From Psammoneis japonica (Eukaryota): a stretch of 64,000 nt of DNA. Shown here piece after piece: positions 24,600 to 38,229 of this stretch. The notes under the pieces are model-generated. The model was given only the letters and a program-made list of their open reading frames with translations, ran no database searches and had not been told where the DNA came from. The translations under genes were made by a program, and so were the position numbers. How positions within the stretch are numbered: position 1 is the first letter of the stretch; each line of letters starts with the position of its first letter. The stretch spans positions 186,001 through 250,000 of the forward strand of contig QPGO01000026.1 of NCBI GenBank assembly GCA_008632985.1. The letters are read 5' to 3'.

Positions 24600-27500
24600 G
24601 TCTCTTCTTGGATTCTCGTTTGGAGCAGTTGGACACCCACCGCAGACCATCGCTGCTTGTGTCATTTGCATCCTGCACAACCCGGTGAATGTGGAACTTC
24701 TCACGGATGTCCACAATTAAATCATCAATGGATTTCACAACATGGGAGAAGTGGGGGCTTCCATTTGATGAATGTTCTCCAACTCGCAGAGTCCATGCAG
24801 AGTTGCCAACTTTGGTGCCAAGACCTGTCGCATGTTTTCAGAAGCAATGGTGGTGTGAACGTCTTGAGGAGAACCAGAAGGTTCAATGTCATTGTTTGCA
24901 AACAGATCGCTGTCTGCAAGGTTGTTGTCATCGCAGCCATGTTCTGGTTGGTCCCCTTGGCTTGTCTCAACATTGGTCACTTGTGAGAAACCAATTGCGC
25001 TTAGACCCAAGTCCATTGGGTCTACGCAACGGATGGCTCATTGCACTTGTTCATAACTGCAGTTACGGAGGGAGTGACAAACATCCTGTGGTTGCTCAAA
25101 CACGGATTCATCCGGTGTGCTTGCACTTGGTTCTGGAAGCGGCCTCCACCAGTGAGGCATGCAGGGTCCTTGCACATCATTGTCGAGAATGGAATCAAAC
25201 ACGCCATCAAGGCCATCAACATGACGATCTCTGTTGAATGCAAAATGAAAGCACTTCCGCCACCAAACAATGGAAACATCATGGTGGGTGAATCCCAAGT
25301 GCGCATTGCCCAGTTCGTGCTGTCCAACAGCAAGGAAGTGAGGGCAGCCAATGCCCGTTCTCTGGAACTCTCCGCATTGACAGTGAGGCACACCACCATC
25401 GTCTAACTTCACTTTTCTGACGCGACGAAACTTGGCATTTTGGAAAAGAAAGGATTGGCATTTTCCTCTTCATTGGGAGATGGAGGTTCATTGGCTTTCT
25501 TGTCAATCACCTCCCACATTGCGTGTTGACCATCCTCCAAGCCACAGCACCAGACGTGAAAGTCATGTCGCTGCTTCCAACGTCCAGCAATGATTCCCTT
25601 GCACATGGTGACAACATGGTCTGCAGTTGGCAGACTGGACCAGAGACATTTCGTTGTGGCCATGCGGTTGCTTTCAGCGTGCAACTCAGCAACCTTCACG
25701 TCGGATTGCATGGCGAAGTTGATGGCGCTGGTGGCTAAATTCTGCGAGGGTGGCACAGGGGCAGAATGGTTCTTCATCCCATTGTTGGTTCCCTCATGAC
25801 TTGAATTGTTTGCTTCCTCACAGTGATGAATGAATTTCTTGAGGTGGAAGGCACATGCCGCTTCCATGCAAACACCTTGTCTTGGATGAAGGCAATGATT
25901 CTCTGCACAGTGGACTCGTTGCCATCGCACATCTGGAGAACTCTTGGTGAATGCAGAAACATGATGAGCAATGACTTGGAGACCTTGAGTTCATCTTCAT
26001 TCTCACAACCGCCCGGGCACATGAATGAATGAAGCCAGGCTTTGACTGCAGCGACGAAATGCTTGAAGGTCTCACGCTTCTGCCCTGGAGACACACAGCT
26101 CTCACCAGGACAGTGACGCAACCATCCCTTTTCCACAATGTGCCAGCCACAACGGCCTTGGAAGACGTCGGGCATGTAGACTTGAATGGCACTGCGCAAC
26201 TCGCAGATTTCTTGAGAGTCTCCATCTGTCAACACAAGCTTGATTTGCTGGATTGATGCTTGATCAAGTAGAGTGGGCAGCACAACATGAAATGCCCACT
26301 GAAACGTCCCCTGTGTTTGATCTGGAAGACAGATTTGCAGGAAAACAAAGTGAGACCCATCTGGCACACGGGCAGAGAAAGTCAGGCAAGGCCGTTTCTC
26401 ATTGTTTGTGTGAGACGTTACATCCACTTTGATCACATGTGGCATTTGGCGAAACAATCGTTTCTCGCCCTTGAGTGTCCATGCAGCACCAACAAACAGG
26501 TTGTCATCAGGACCAAGCTGCGCCGCTTCCCTCTCACGCCTGCACTGGTCAACAACCTCGGAACAAAGTTCCTCGAGGTTCTGAATCTCCCTTTCTCCGT
26601 CAACGTAAGCTTCATTGAAAAGCAATGAAGACTGGAAACGCAGGTTTCTTTCTCGGGTGGGGGTCTGCACAGCATTAGCTCCACTTGCCAGCACAGAGTG
26701 TTCCACGTCTTCTTGACTCTGAAAGAACTTCTGCAGCTCCAAGATGCCGTCATCCAAATCAGCATTTTCGGAGGGTGGTGAGAATGGGGTCAACTGTTCC
26801 TGATCTGCCTTTTGCATGACGTGACGAACCTGCAACCTGGACAGAAAGCAATCCTTGTTGGCAAGAATGTAGTTGCGCACATGGCCAGCCCCCAAGCGTC
26901 CCTTTCTCATGCGCTTCACAGACAATGTGGTGGATGAATTTAGGCAACGAATCTGCTGGATTTCATCAGGAAGTTGTTTGCGGTGGTTGCAATGAAAGCC
27001 ACGCCCAGTGCCACACTTGAAGAAACAGCCAAAAGCATTTGCTTGGATGCAAATGTTCCAACCACATGTGTCCTCAACATTTGGTGCCTTGGATGTCTGC
27101 TGTCGTCAAGGATGATTCTTGTGGCCTTGTTTGCGATTGTTCTGATGGCGATCATCACAAAGGGAAGTTTTTGGACAGGAGGTGGCCGGAGCTGTTAGGT
27201 CACGTCGTTCGGGTTTACGACAATGCGTCAGAAAGCAGGAACAGACAATGCGGCCATTGCCATTGGAAATCGCCTCAAACCCATTGCTTGCAGCACATTG
27301 GCGGAAGTCCTGCAACAAAGCTGCGTAACTCGTGTCATCCTTGGAGAACGGCTTCACAACAGAGGACAGTGGGGGACACCTCGTTGTGTCAAAGCAGATG
27401 CACGCATGTCGATGAAGCACACTGCCAGGCCCATCTTTGCCCAGGCACTCGGTGATGTTGGCATCCATGAAAAGAGACAGTGGAACCTCTTTCGAATGGA

Positions 27501-27738
27501 CGACATTGGCGGGAAACATCATGGGAGTGCACCAATCATCATCAAGACCGCAAAAGACAGTGTCAAGGATGTCCAATGCATGGTGCACATCAACAGGCGG
27601 CGGCTCTGCTTCTTGCACAATTGCATCATTGTGAGACTCACTGTCATCGAAAGCTGTTCCTGCATTCTCGTCATTGTCATCATTGTCATCATGCAAGCCA
27701 TCATCTACAACGTCGACAGGGAGTGGGGCACCAGACAT
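24600..27738 (-). pseudogene. MULE transposase with SWIM zinc finger (frameshifted)
   Basis: VIKVDVTSHTNNEKRP, LVLTDGD and RCGWH motifs in ORF 25774-26925; CQCGEFQRTGIGCPH (SWIM) near 25340-25385. Confidence 0.85.
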
Positions 27739-28369
27739 GGTCGCATGGTTGTTAGATTGAAAGAACTGAAGCAACGGACCCAGATGAATGACAGCGCAAC
27801 AACACAATTGGAAATCATGTGAGATGGGCAGGCGATGCTGACCGCAGCTAACTGACAGGGCAGCAACCCATTTGAACTCAAATCATGTTCTTGTTCATGT
27901 CTGTGGGCATTGATTCCGCCGGGCAGACAGACAGGAATGCTGACGTGGATCCGGCGATGCCTGCCCAGAACAGCAGCAGAGCAACATGGCACACAAAGTA
28001 AGCCCACCAAACTACACAAAATCCACAGGTGAGTGAACGCCACAAACAAGAGCGTGCATCGAGCACTGGGCACAATGCTGTGCACAATCGACACCATGAA
28101 AGAACAGCAGGACAATTGGTCCTTTTTACCACATCATGAACAAATGCATGATGTCAGAGAGAATGCTTGACGCAACACTGCTGCAGCATGTTCACAGAGC
28201 CACACACATGCATGGAGTGTCACACACACACACATGAAGCATGAGACAAACCATGATGCTCTCGAAAGACATTTGGAAAGTGAAACTGCCCTGTGTGTGC
28301 TGGCCCACAAAACAACAACAGTCATTGCCAATGGCACAATGCAGTTAACGTGGAGACATTGTCGAATTG

Positions 28370-30577
28370 TTCCACTTGACGAACAACTCCCAGTCACTGG
28401 AGCAGAGGCCAAAGAGGCCTGTGGAACGGATCAGCTATGTGCAGGTCTAGAAGCAGGCATCGAAGGCGCGATTCACACGATGAATCTCCTCTGGGAACAG
28501 CATGAGTTCAAGGATGACTGCGGCTTCCTCTTCGTCGATGCCTCCAACAGATTTAATGAAGAGAACAGAGCACTGATGTCACACAACGTCAGACACCTCT
28601 GGCCATCCGGCGCCAGGTTCACTTCAATGGCTGCAAGAATTGGAGTGTCCCAATTGTCCGCGGACACTTTGGCACCGCCTTTGCACTGTTCAGCAAGGAA
28701 GGTGTCACGCAGTTCAGCAAGGAAGGTGTCACGCAGGGCGACCCACTTGGCATGGCAGAATGACATCCATCAAGATGCTTTCACGCCATGGTGTGCCAAT
28801 GACTCCGCTGCAGCTGGGAAATTCAACATCCTTCGGGAATTTTTCTTAACTCTTCGAGTCGAAGGACCCAAGCATGGTCGCTGCCCTGCCGCTGATGAAA
28901 AGAACATCCCAGCAGTCCCAGAGCGCAACCTGGAAAGTGCCAGGGCGTGCTTTGGAGACCTCGGCTTCACCATCTGCTCAGGCAGCCACTGCCTTGGAGG
29001 CTTCGTCGGAGAGACGGACGCACGCGACCGATGGCTGGCGGAGAAAGCCGAGTCGTGGACCTCGGTCGTCCAAGGACTTGCAAACACAGTGATTCATCAC
29101 CCGCAGACCCCCTGAGCCGGTCTTCAAAGGTCCCTGCAACACCAGTGGCAATGCGTCCAATGGGCAGCAAAGGACTGCGGCGAATCCTTTGCGGAAGTGG
29201 AGAGCGCGATCCAGCGCCAATTCCTTCCAGCACCAATTGGCGAGACCTTGGCAGACGACGATCCGAGACTGGCCCTGTCTGCCCTCCCAATCAAATTTGC
29301 AGGACTGTCCATCCCTTGTCCAACGGAGTCTGCATCCCAAAACTGTGAAGTGAGTGCTCTCACATGCTCTCACGTGACAGACTCACTCCGTGGCCGCTCA
29401 GATTTCTCTTCAGCAGTCCACAAGGACACCATGCGCGAAGTGAAGGAAGAAGCAGCCAACAGGAAAGCCAAGAAGCACGAGGAGAAACTCAAGACAATCC
29501 TCCGGACTCTAACCAACCTAAAAGCCAGAGCTGTCAAGCGCAGCACCAGCACTGGAGCATGGCCATCGGTGCACCCATCGATCATAAATGGCATGGAACT
29601 CTCTTGTCTAGAATTCCGTGACGCGCTCTGTCTGCGACATGGCTGCACTCCCCCAACCTCCCGGAGCACTGCAATGGATGCGCCTGCAAATTCTCCATCG
29701 CCCATGCCCTGCAGTGCAAAAAGGGCAGCCTGGTCATCTCACGACACGACGATGTGCATGATGACCTTGGTGACCTAATTGGAGCGGCCTTCAAGCCCTC
29801 CTGCGCACGCGACGAACCCCTCATTAACCCCATTGGTTGTGTCTCAGGAAGCCCAGGCTCCTCCAACAACTCCCAAGGCAACACAAACTCCAACATGTCC
29901 AAGGATGGCGACCGTGGAGATCTTTTGTCCAAAGGATTTTGGGACAAAAGGACAGACACCATCATGGATGTTCGCATTCCGGACACGGACGCGAAGTCAT
30001 GCCTGTCCAAGACACCGGAAGAAGTTCTGGAACAACACGAATGAGAGACAAAGCGTAAGTGCCTCAAGCCCTGCCTTGAGCAACGACGTCACTTCACTCT
30101 CTTCGTCGCATCATGCGACGGACTGTTTGGCAAAGAAGCCAAAGCAGTGCTGCACAGAATCTCTGCAAAACTAGCTGAGAAATGGCAAAAGCCACATTCA
30201 GAGGTGTGCGGCTACGTTAACGCGAGAATGAGCATCACTTTGGTGCGGGCGACTCACCGTTGCCTCAGGGCATCACGTGTCCCTTTGTCCCAGATCAGCT
30301 CAAGACGTCCTCAATGGGAGGATGGAGCTGGTCTGTCCCTTTGCAAACACCAAGTGACCCCACTTGCACCAGACCACTCATGCGAAACGATTGCCAACAC
30401 ACCACGCACAGAGACCATCGACACCACGCCAAGACGACAACAAAAACCTGGCAACATGCTGACAACGGCGCCAGAATCGATTCGGATCTCACGCGCACAG
30501 CCCGCGAAAACTGCGCGCGACAACCACCCCTTGCTCGTGTGACTGCATTAACTGCAACATCCACTTTTTCACTCTAA
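28370..30577 (+). mobile_element. 5'-truncated non-LTR retrotransposon (CRE-like RT plus restriction-like endonuclease), decayed
   Basis: QLCAGLEAGIEGAIH, VDASNRFN, EGVTQGDP, WCANDS (from WYADDS), Zn knuckle, DRGDLL..GFW...IMDVRI.DTDAKS. Confidence 0.85.
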
Positions 30578-32683
30578 TGTGCAATTGGGGAGGCGAGTGC
30601 AGCACGCGACTGTTGCACACACATGTGCGATTGTGTGTTGATCATGTGTCAATTGCACCACAGTTGTGGATGCGCACAAAGGACAGAACGATCACACAGA
30701 GTTGATCGGATGTCTCGAGGCCAAGACGGCAGGCCAAGCACAAGGAGAGGATGCCTTGTGGGTGGTCGCGCTCTTGGAGGAGTCACCGCGCGATGGCAGT
30801 GCGCAGTCAAAGGTGGATGGACAGATGACAGATGACGACGAGAGGCTGCCCATGTTCCCCTCATTGTTCTTGGCAGACGATTGGCAGCAATGGGATCAGT
30901 TGCGGTGTCCCGACATGGGCCAACAACACTGAAAATCCCTCTCTGTTGATTGTCATGTCTTGAACAATCCCCGTGCAATGGATGTGGCTCTCATGTCACA
31001 TCCGTGGTTTGACTTTGATCTGCTAATCTGGTCGCCACATTAATCCTCTGTAAATCACATGATTTTGTTGGATCCGGAGAATCTCCGCAAGCCAGCTGAT
31101 CATGCATGATGCCTGCATTGTCTTCGTTGACTCCAATGCTGGAGTGTGAGCAACGCAGTTAGGTTTTGCTGTTGGTTTGGATTGGGATTGTCATCCCGCC
31201 ACCTCAGATGCCTCTCTGGTTGTGTTTGAACTCGGGAAATCCGTTGGTCAACCGACATGGATTGCAGTTCAATCCACCCTCGTTTTATCTGATCTGACAC
31301 ATCAGAACACGAGCACATTGTCTGTCACAGCCTGCTGGCTTTATTCTCTACTTTATGTTCACTCTGTCGTGTTGAATCCGGATCTTCCGCAAGTCAACCG
31401 ATTCTCACCGTGTGCTCGGTCAAAATTCTTGCTGTTGCTTCTGATCTGTTGCATCAGAGCAACAACATGCTATCCACATAACTTGCTGGCATCAGCTCCG
31501 CCCATCTCCATCAACTTGCTTGATGAAAAGGCATCATTGCCACATCCGTTTGCTCGTCCGCCATTGCGGACGTCACATTTTACATCTGTCCTTCATTCAC
31601 ATTTGCTTCAACATGTTGTGGTTTGCCGTTGTAACGGTTTCACATGAATCACTTTCATTGCATGTGCTCTCATGTAATGAAATGCATCCATCGGCACTCA
31701 GGCCTGACACAACCTCTTTTTTGCAATTTTGACAAATTGTGTCATCTCATGTTGTTCGATGCAACTTTGTCCACATCTTCATGATGACCCCCCTCACCCG
31801 GGAATTTCCACAAGTGCTCTATCCCAATCCGGAATTGGCACATTGTCCATGCATTCTACGTCCTCCCGCCCAAAAAATCGCGACCACAACTCCTCTGATT
31901 TTCAAACTCTTAGGAGGGGGACCAGAAATCCCTCCATTTTCTTTCCGTTCATCAAAATTTGATGTTGCTCCGTCTGCTCCTTGGTCTTGTAGACCCACTC
32001 TTACACGACTCTGGTCGTGTAGAGTGGATCTCGCTGACTTGGCACGAGTTTCCGGCAGGATTTCAACGTGTTCTACGTCGAAATCTCCATCCGAAAAACT
32101 CGTTCTTCTCTCACAAAACCCCGGTTTTGCCTTTTTGCACCCCGCTTTTTGTTCTCCTTCAACCTTTCGTCCCACCATGGCCGCCAACGTCCTCGCCGCT
32201 GTCGAGCGCGGAAAAACTTCTCCTGCCAAGCATTTTTCGCAGTCGGGTGCTGAGGCTGAGCTTTCGCTTGACCAAACGAAACTCGCCCTCCGTCGCGACA
32301 CCAGCTCTGCCATTGCTGACTTCGTCCATGGTCAGTTTGACCAGCTCCTCATGTTCTGCAAAGGTCGCATCGTTCCCATTGCAAAACCTGCTCCTTTCTT
32401 GAACGATGGCAATGAAGTCAAGTGCTTGTGCAGCTTTTCCGACACTGTCGGTGAAGTTGTGCCTGTGTCGGGGACTCACCAACGCTTCAAGGGACATTTT
32501 GTCTCCTCAGCACCCCAAGGCGACGTGGTCACATGCAATTCACCACGTGCCGAAACCCCTCCGGATGACATTGAAGGACCCCCACTGCCCGGTGGTGCCA
32601 ACGATCCTCCCTCCCTTCAACGCCTCAACTTTGGCAATCCTTCTGCTCCTGAAGAACAACCAGTTGTTGCTGCCCTTCCTGTG

Positions 32684-33539
32684 TGCAACACACAGCTGCT
32701 AACAAGAGTTGGTGCATCACGGCGACGTGTTACAGTTTAAATAATGTCACAATGGGCGTGACAAAAATGACCTTTTGTCTGCATGCACACTGCATTGTGA
32801 ATTCACAGCGGAGTGGTTCATCGTAACCACAAGCAGTGATCACCTAAATTTTGTGGGAAAAAAACCGTTAAACAATTTGGTGGATGAATGTGTTTCAATG
32901 ATCACATCTCTCCCTCAAACACTGTCATCCGAACAAACCCTCAGTGTCTTACCCCCCTTTTCATATACGAGGAATTTGGTTCTGCTGTTCGTTTTCTCCG
33001 ATAACGCGATTTGGGAAAACAGCCGTTAAATTTGTCAGTGAATGCACACATTTAACGGTTTTTTCTCAAATCGCGTCATCGGAGAAAACGATCAGCAGAA
33101 CCAAATTCCTCGTGTGTGAAAAGGGGGGTAAGACACTGAGGGTTTGTTCGGATGACAGTGTTTGAGGGGGAGATGTGATCATTGAAACATGTCCATCCAC
33201 CCAACCATTTAACGGTTTTTTTCCCACAAAATGGAGGTGATCACTGCTTGCCAGGCAGGAGGCCAGGGGTTCGAAACCCTGAGTGGGAGTTGTCTGCAGC
33301 AACGTTGATCACTGTCGAACGCGTAAAACTCTGTGCAGTTCTGTGTGTTCCTTCGTACGTACCCACACTGTTCCACCAAAACCGTGCAGTGTCAGTGCAC
33401 GTTAGTTCTGCGCGTGACACATGGGGAGGAGTGCAACACACAGCTGCTGATAAGAGTTGATGCATCATGGCGACGTGTTGCAGTTTAAATGTCACAATGG
33501 GCGTGACAAAAACAACCTTTTGTCTGCATGCATGCTGCA
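32684..33539 (+). mobile_element. TRIM-like miniature LTR element (LTRs 32684-32794 and 33432-33539), 4-bp TSD TGTG
   Basis: ~110-bp TG...CA direct repeats, purine tract ggggaggag before the 3' LTR, tgtg on both sides. Confidence 0.85.
32830..33250. mobile_element. Foldback MITE (421-bp near-perfect palindrome), 3-bp TSD CCA
   Basis: cca|caagcagtgatcacc...ggtgatcactgcttg|cca; ~200-bp arms around a short loop near 33035-33050. Confidence 0.88.
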
Positions 33540-35367
33540 TGTGGCCTTTCCTCTCCCTCCAGGCCATTCCTTCCCGTCGGAATTCATTCCTGGAAACGAT
33601 TGTCCTGCTTTGGCCGCTGATTTTCCGGCGCTAAATGTGTGGCAGAAGGCCGTCGGGTGTGTCCAACAGCATGACTCCGGCTGTTCTCTTAATCAAGGAG
33701 GACCTCTTTTTGATCAAGCCGCCGATGGTTTGCAGGTTGTTGATGATTTTATGAATCTCAACGTGTGCAACTTTGGTGACAACAATTTTCAGGCGGTTGC
33801 GCCCTTCTCTGACGGATGCACAAGTGTCCAAACCGCCATCAAGACATTCTCCGACCTGACCTGGCAGACTCTTGGGGCCACGGTTCAAGGCCCGACTGCA
33901 AACATTGCAAACAGAAATCAGGCAGGTGCAGCTGCAGTCGCTCAAGGCCCTGTTGCCATCAATGTTGATGCCCCCAAGACCAAGAAGGATGAGGATCTCA
34001 GGAAGAGAGCTGCCGACACTCAAGGTCGTTTCTCTCTGTCCTTCTGCCACAAGGCAGCGGGTGCTGATGCTGTTGCTCTCGGGACACTCAAGCCAGTTTT
34101 TGTCGATGCTCTCCAAGAATCGAACAAAACCAAAAGGGCTCGCTCGATCCGTGAGATTGTCATTGCTGCTCTCAACAGCAGGAAATTGATGAACATTTTT
34201 GATCAAGTTGTCACCTTCTGCCCAGCATGTGCAAACAAGGCCTTCGCTGACGGTCTCTGTTGCTTTCACTTCGCCGACCAACCTCCGAACGCGTCAGTGA
34301 CTACACATCTGGCCAATGTCAACATCATGAACTTCCTCACTCCGTGTGCGGACAACACCGAATGTTCCCAGAGGGTCGAAGAAAGCCAAGAGATCTCCAA
34401 GCATTCCCGAGCGACGGATTCTAAGGGAACGACTGCAGAGTTGATCAAGAAGTCAACCCTTTGTGACAAGGGTCGTGCTCGTGACTCTTTGGACGTTGTT
34501 TCCGCTCTTGCTAATTTCAGGCTCGTCTTTGACTCTCTCATCGAGAACTTTGACGAGACGGCGCTCTGGCAGCAGCTCCTTCGCCACTGCCGCAATAGCC
34601 TTTGGTGAGAGTGGCAAGCAGTGGATCGCGAGCAATGGTGACACTCGTGAGATCACTGCGAACATGCTCAACGACATCCAAAACATCATCCGTACCTTCT
34701 TCCAACTTGGCAGCATCCCTGACTGCCACGAAGCTGTTGCAACTCACAGGATGTCAGTGTCCGGGCTTTGGATGTCTCCGAGCGTTTGACCAACCAGTCA
34801 ATCCAGGATTTGGAGACCAATGTCAGTCGTGGTCCCCCTGGAACCTTTGGCAGCAAGTGTCCACTCTATCAGCTTGCTGCAGAGTCGAGTGCCACCTCGA
34901 CTCCTGGCAAGCGCTCGGCTGAATCGCCCCCTGCTGTGTCAGGCGCATCCAAGAAGCAGGGCTCTCCCTTGTCGCAAGCAGATGTTGACTTACGCAAGAG
35001 TGTGGGTCTCTCAGTCATCTCCGGAAATCCTTGCCAGCCTCCCAACATCCCGATTGTGGCAAAGAAAGGCTCGAATTCGAGTTTCATGACACGTGGGTTC
35101 CACTGCACTCGTCCCAACTGCAGCAAGCCTCATGTTGCCAACTTGCGCAACCTCCCTGAAGCCAAGCGCAATGAGTTGATCAAATGTGTCAACGACACAG
35201 GCAACCTCTCCTTTGCTGAAGGAAAAGGTCCCAGTGGTGCGTGAAAACAGTTTTGTCTTTTGACAAACTAATGATTTCGTTGTGTCTACAAAAAACTTCT
35301 TCTTACACTGCATTCTATTTTAGTTTTCGTTGAACTCGATCCGCCAGCTCGCATTGTTGACTCGGCT

Positions 35368-38229
35368 TTGGTAAATTTGGACAAGACTGTGGATGCTGAA
35401 CCCGATTCAGATGCTGACATGTGCACTGAAGACGATGTCATCCCTCCGCTTCCCCCTGGAAAGAAGCACAAACTTTCAGATCCAATTGGTCTAGCAGCTG
35501 AAGATGTCCCTGATGCTGCACCCGTTTCTTTGGAAGAGACAGACGAGTTCTGTCCAGTTCTTTCTCCTGTGAACTCGTCGAGTGATTCACCGTCCCCTGT
35601 TCCAACTGTCAACAACAGCTTCATGAAAGCTGCATGTGAGAAGTTCGTGAAAGCGCACCTGTCACATCGTGTTCAGTCTCAACTGGACCAACCTTTTGGC
35701 GAGGACAATGTTCATCAATCTTTCATGTCTGAAGCTGTTTTTCGTCATGTGCTGCTCCCCTTGTGGAAGTCTGGACATTTGTATGATGATGCCACCCTGG
35801 AGCGCCCTGTGTTCCCTGCCGGAGCTGTTGCTGCTTGGGACGATCCATGTTGCGTAGTCCCAGATGCTTGGCGTCTGCGCGACCTGCTCCGAGAGTTCGG
35901 AGATGTTGATTTCAATGCCCTGCGAGGACACCCTGCAGGTTGGGAAAAAGAAGAGGACCTTCAAGAAGATCGCATGTGCCAAACAACGGCAGCCCTTGTC
36001 CATTTTGATGGAGACATGGCGTCCTTGGTGTGATGGGTTGGAGGGCCGCACGTTGCAGCGCACCGGCATGTTGACAAGATCTTGTCGTTTCTCGACAGCA
36101 AAGTTGATCCAAGCGTCATTTCAACACTTCGGCGCATGTGCAGAGATGGTGTCCCTTCATGTTGCAATGGACACAACACCAAAGAGAACTTCCAGGCGTG
36201 CCTTCAGCATGGAAATCACCCATCTGTGGAAGTGGGCGTGGAGAAAACACGCAAGGCTCTCACAAAGGATTCCAAGCATGGTTTTGTTTTGATTTTTGAC
36301 AAGCGATTCACACCATTCATGCTGAACTGTCATCTGTCGCCTCAGAGTCTGGTTGACATCAACAAGCTGTTCAAGAATCCCCGTCCGGTCTCGGACAGTG
36401 CTTTTCGGCCATGCCCTTCGTCTGTGGCTGTCAACAATTTTTTGTCACTGGAGTTCGAACCTTCTCACTCCAATGCTGCAGCTGAGTTGGACTTCATGCG
36501 ATGGACATACAATGTCCGTGTGTCACACCCAACTTTGGACATTTACCCGATCGATGACGATGCAACTGGAGCATGCCGGACGATGAAGTGTCATCCCAAT
36601 CTTGTCAGCATGCAGACTTCTGTCCAGTGTGGGTTTGGCGTGGCTCAAACTGGGTGCAACTTTGGAGACACACCAAATCCCTACAACTGGGATGGTGGGT
36701 GGTCCCAAGCTTGCCAGCAACTTGCACAGCATGCTTTCCACATTCCGAACATTGTGGAAATCATGCGCCCTTTCCTGCCGATGCTCGAGTTTCCTCTGGC
36801 CCCGTCAGATTCTGAAATTGCCTCATTTGGTCAAGCTCTCCCGGATTCCTTAAACCCAGGAGTGCTTCGAGATGGCACGAGAACATCCCCTGCCTTCAAG
36901 TTGCACATTGACGACAATGCATGTGCCAACGTTTCGGAGTTCTTGGAAAGGACGGTTTGTGCAAGCGCGTTTTCGCTTTGTGTTCTCCAAGGTTTTCTGA
37001 GGCCGGAGGCACCAAACACCTTGAGCCTAGAGAAGCTCAATCTGGCAATTTCCTTTCTCCGGAATTTGCTTGGATGCAAACATGACACAAGAGCGCTTGC
37101 CGTTGGTGTGGTGGCTCACAAGTTGCGTGAGCTTTTGATTGTCCTCCGCAATTGGCTGGTGCGACAAGGTCACCTCCTGGGTGGTGTGTCTTCCCTTCTG
37201 GGTCTGTTGGAGTTCCACACTCGGCATTGTCCTTGTGCTCGTTGCTGGTTCTTCGTGACTCAGAACATTTTCCGAGCAGATTTGATTGCTCGGCACCACA
37301 TTGCACAACGGATTCTTGAGCGATGCGGCAGGAAGGAACAAGTTTTGGGTGACCTCCCTCGCAAGCTCTGTTGCCGGGTTTCGTCCATTCTCTCTCGGGA
37401 AAAGGCGCAACTCATTTGTCGCGTGCGTCTTGAGACTGCGGCATCGGACCCTCTTCATTGGGCAATCCATCATTTGGTGACTTATCTCGAATCTACACCC
37501 AACCAATGGGAGGCACCACTTGGGACCATCATCCCTCGTGATCCCCACTGTCAAGGGATTGGTGATGCGAGCGGGCTCGGAGGCGGCGGTTGCTGCCGCG
37601 AGTTTCGTTTTTGGTTCCTTGTGCTTTGGAGCGACAGAGTGAGGGCCGGTCTCCAATCTTCGCCAGATTCTCGAGACTGTGTTATGATGAACACCCTTGA
37701 GTTTGTTGTTTCTGTCCTTGTCTTGGCGGGTGTTGTCACATTCATGGAGTCCATCGACAAACCCTTGGATGCAGAGTTGGTCCGAGCTCTTTTTCCTCAT
37801 GGCATTCCTGAAAATTTGGTCGTTTTGCTGAGAACGGACAATTGGACTGGTTCAGGTTGGCAAAACCGACAGACTGCGCGGTCTCTCCGAGGGCAACAGA
37901 TGCTTTGCATCTGGTCTGCGCTTTGCATTCGTGCTCGGATGGGTCCAAACTTGCAGGGCGAGCATTGGGCTGGCGCCAACATGCAATTGGCGGATGATGT
38001 TTCTCACCCGTCAAGTCCTCACCTCCCTCATTCTGTCCGTGTTGCTCAGCTGCATCAGAAGCATCCTTTTCTAAAGACCTGGACCTTTTTCCTCCCGAGT
38101 CCAGAACTTCTACAGCTGATCTACTCTCGGTTGTTCTCCGCGTCATTGCCGGTCCCTGCAGAGACCCCACCACGGTTGGGACGGCTCGCACGCGACGCAT
38201 CCACTATTTCAAGTTCGCCAAGGATGTGA
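35368..38229 (+). pseudogene. Reverse transcriptase/RNase H of the YR retroelement
   Basis: DDDATGACR; HIDD at 36904 (from YIDD); GDASGLGGGG, NTLEF, RTDN, LADDVS; in-frame TGA at 36031. Confidence 0.9.

Larger units (their letters stand above)
21998..27971 (-). mobile_element. MULE/Mutator-type DNA transposon (decayed)
   Basis: 31-bp inverted repeats at 21998-22028 and 27941-27971 (one mismatch, TA vs TG) enclose the transposase and a convergent ORF. No TSD found. Confidence 0.7.
32177..35244 (+). pseudogene. ORF1 (gag-like) of the YR retroelement, interrupted by a TRIM
   Basis: MAANVLAAVE... Frame is restored as ALPVAFPLP when 32684-33543 is removed. C-terminal Cys/His knuckle (CTRPNCSKPH). 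Confidence 0.7.

Noticed and set aside
32795..33290. Functional tRNA gene
   Set aside because: Anticodon arm is incomplete and interrupted; treated as tRNA-like only
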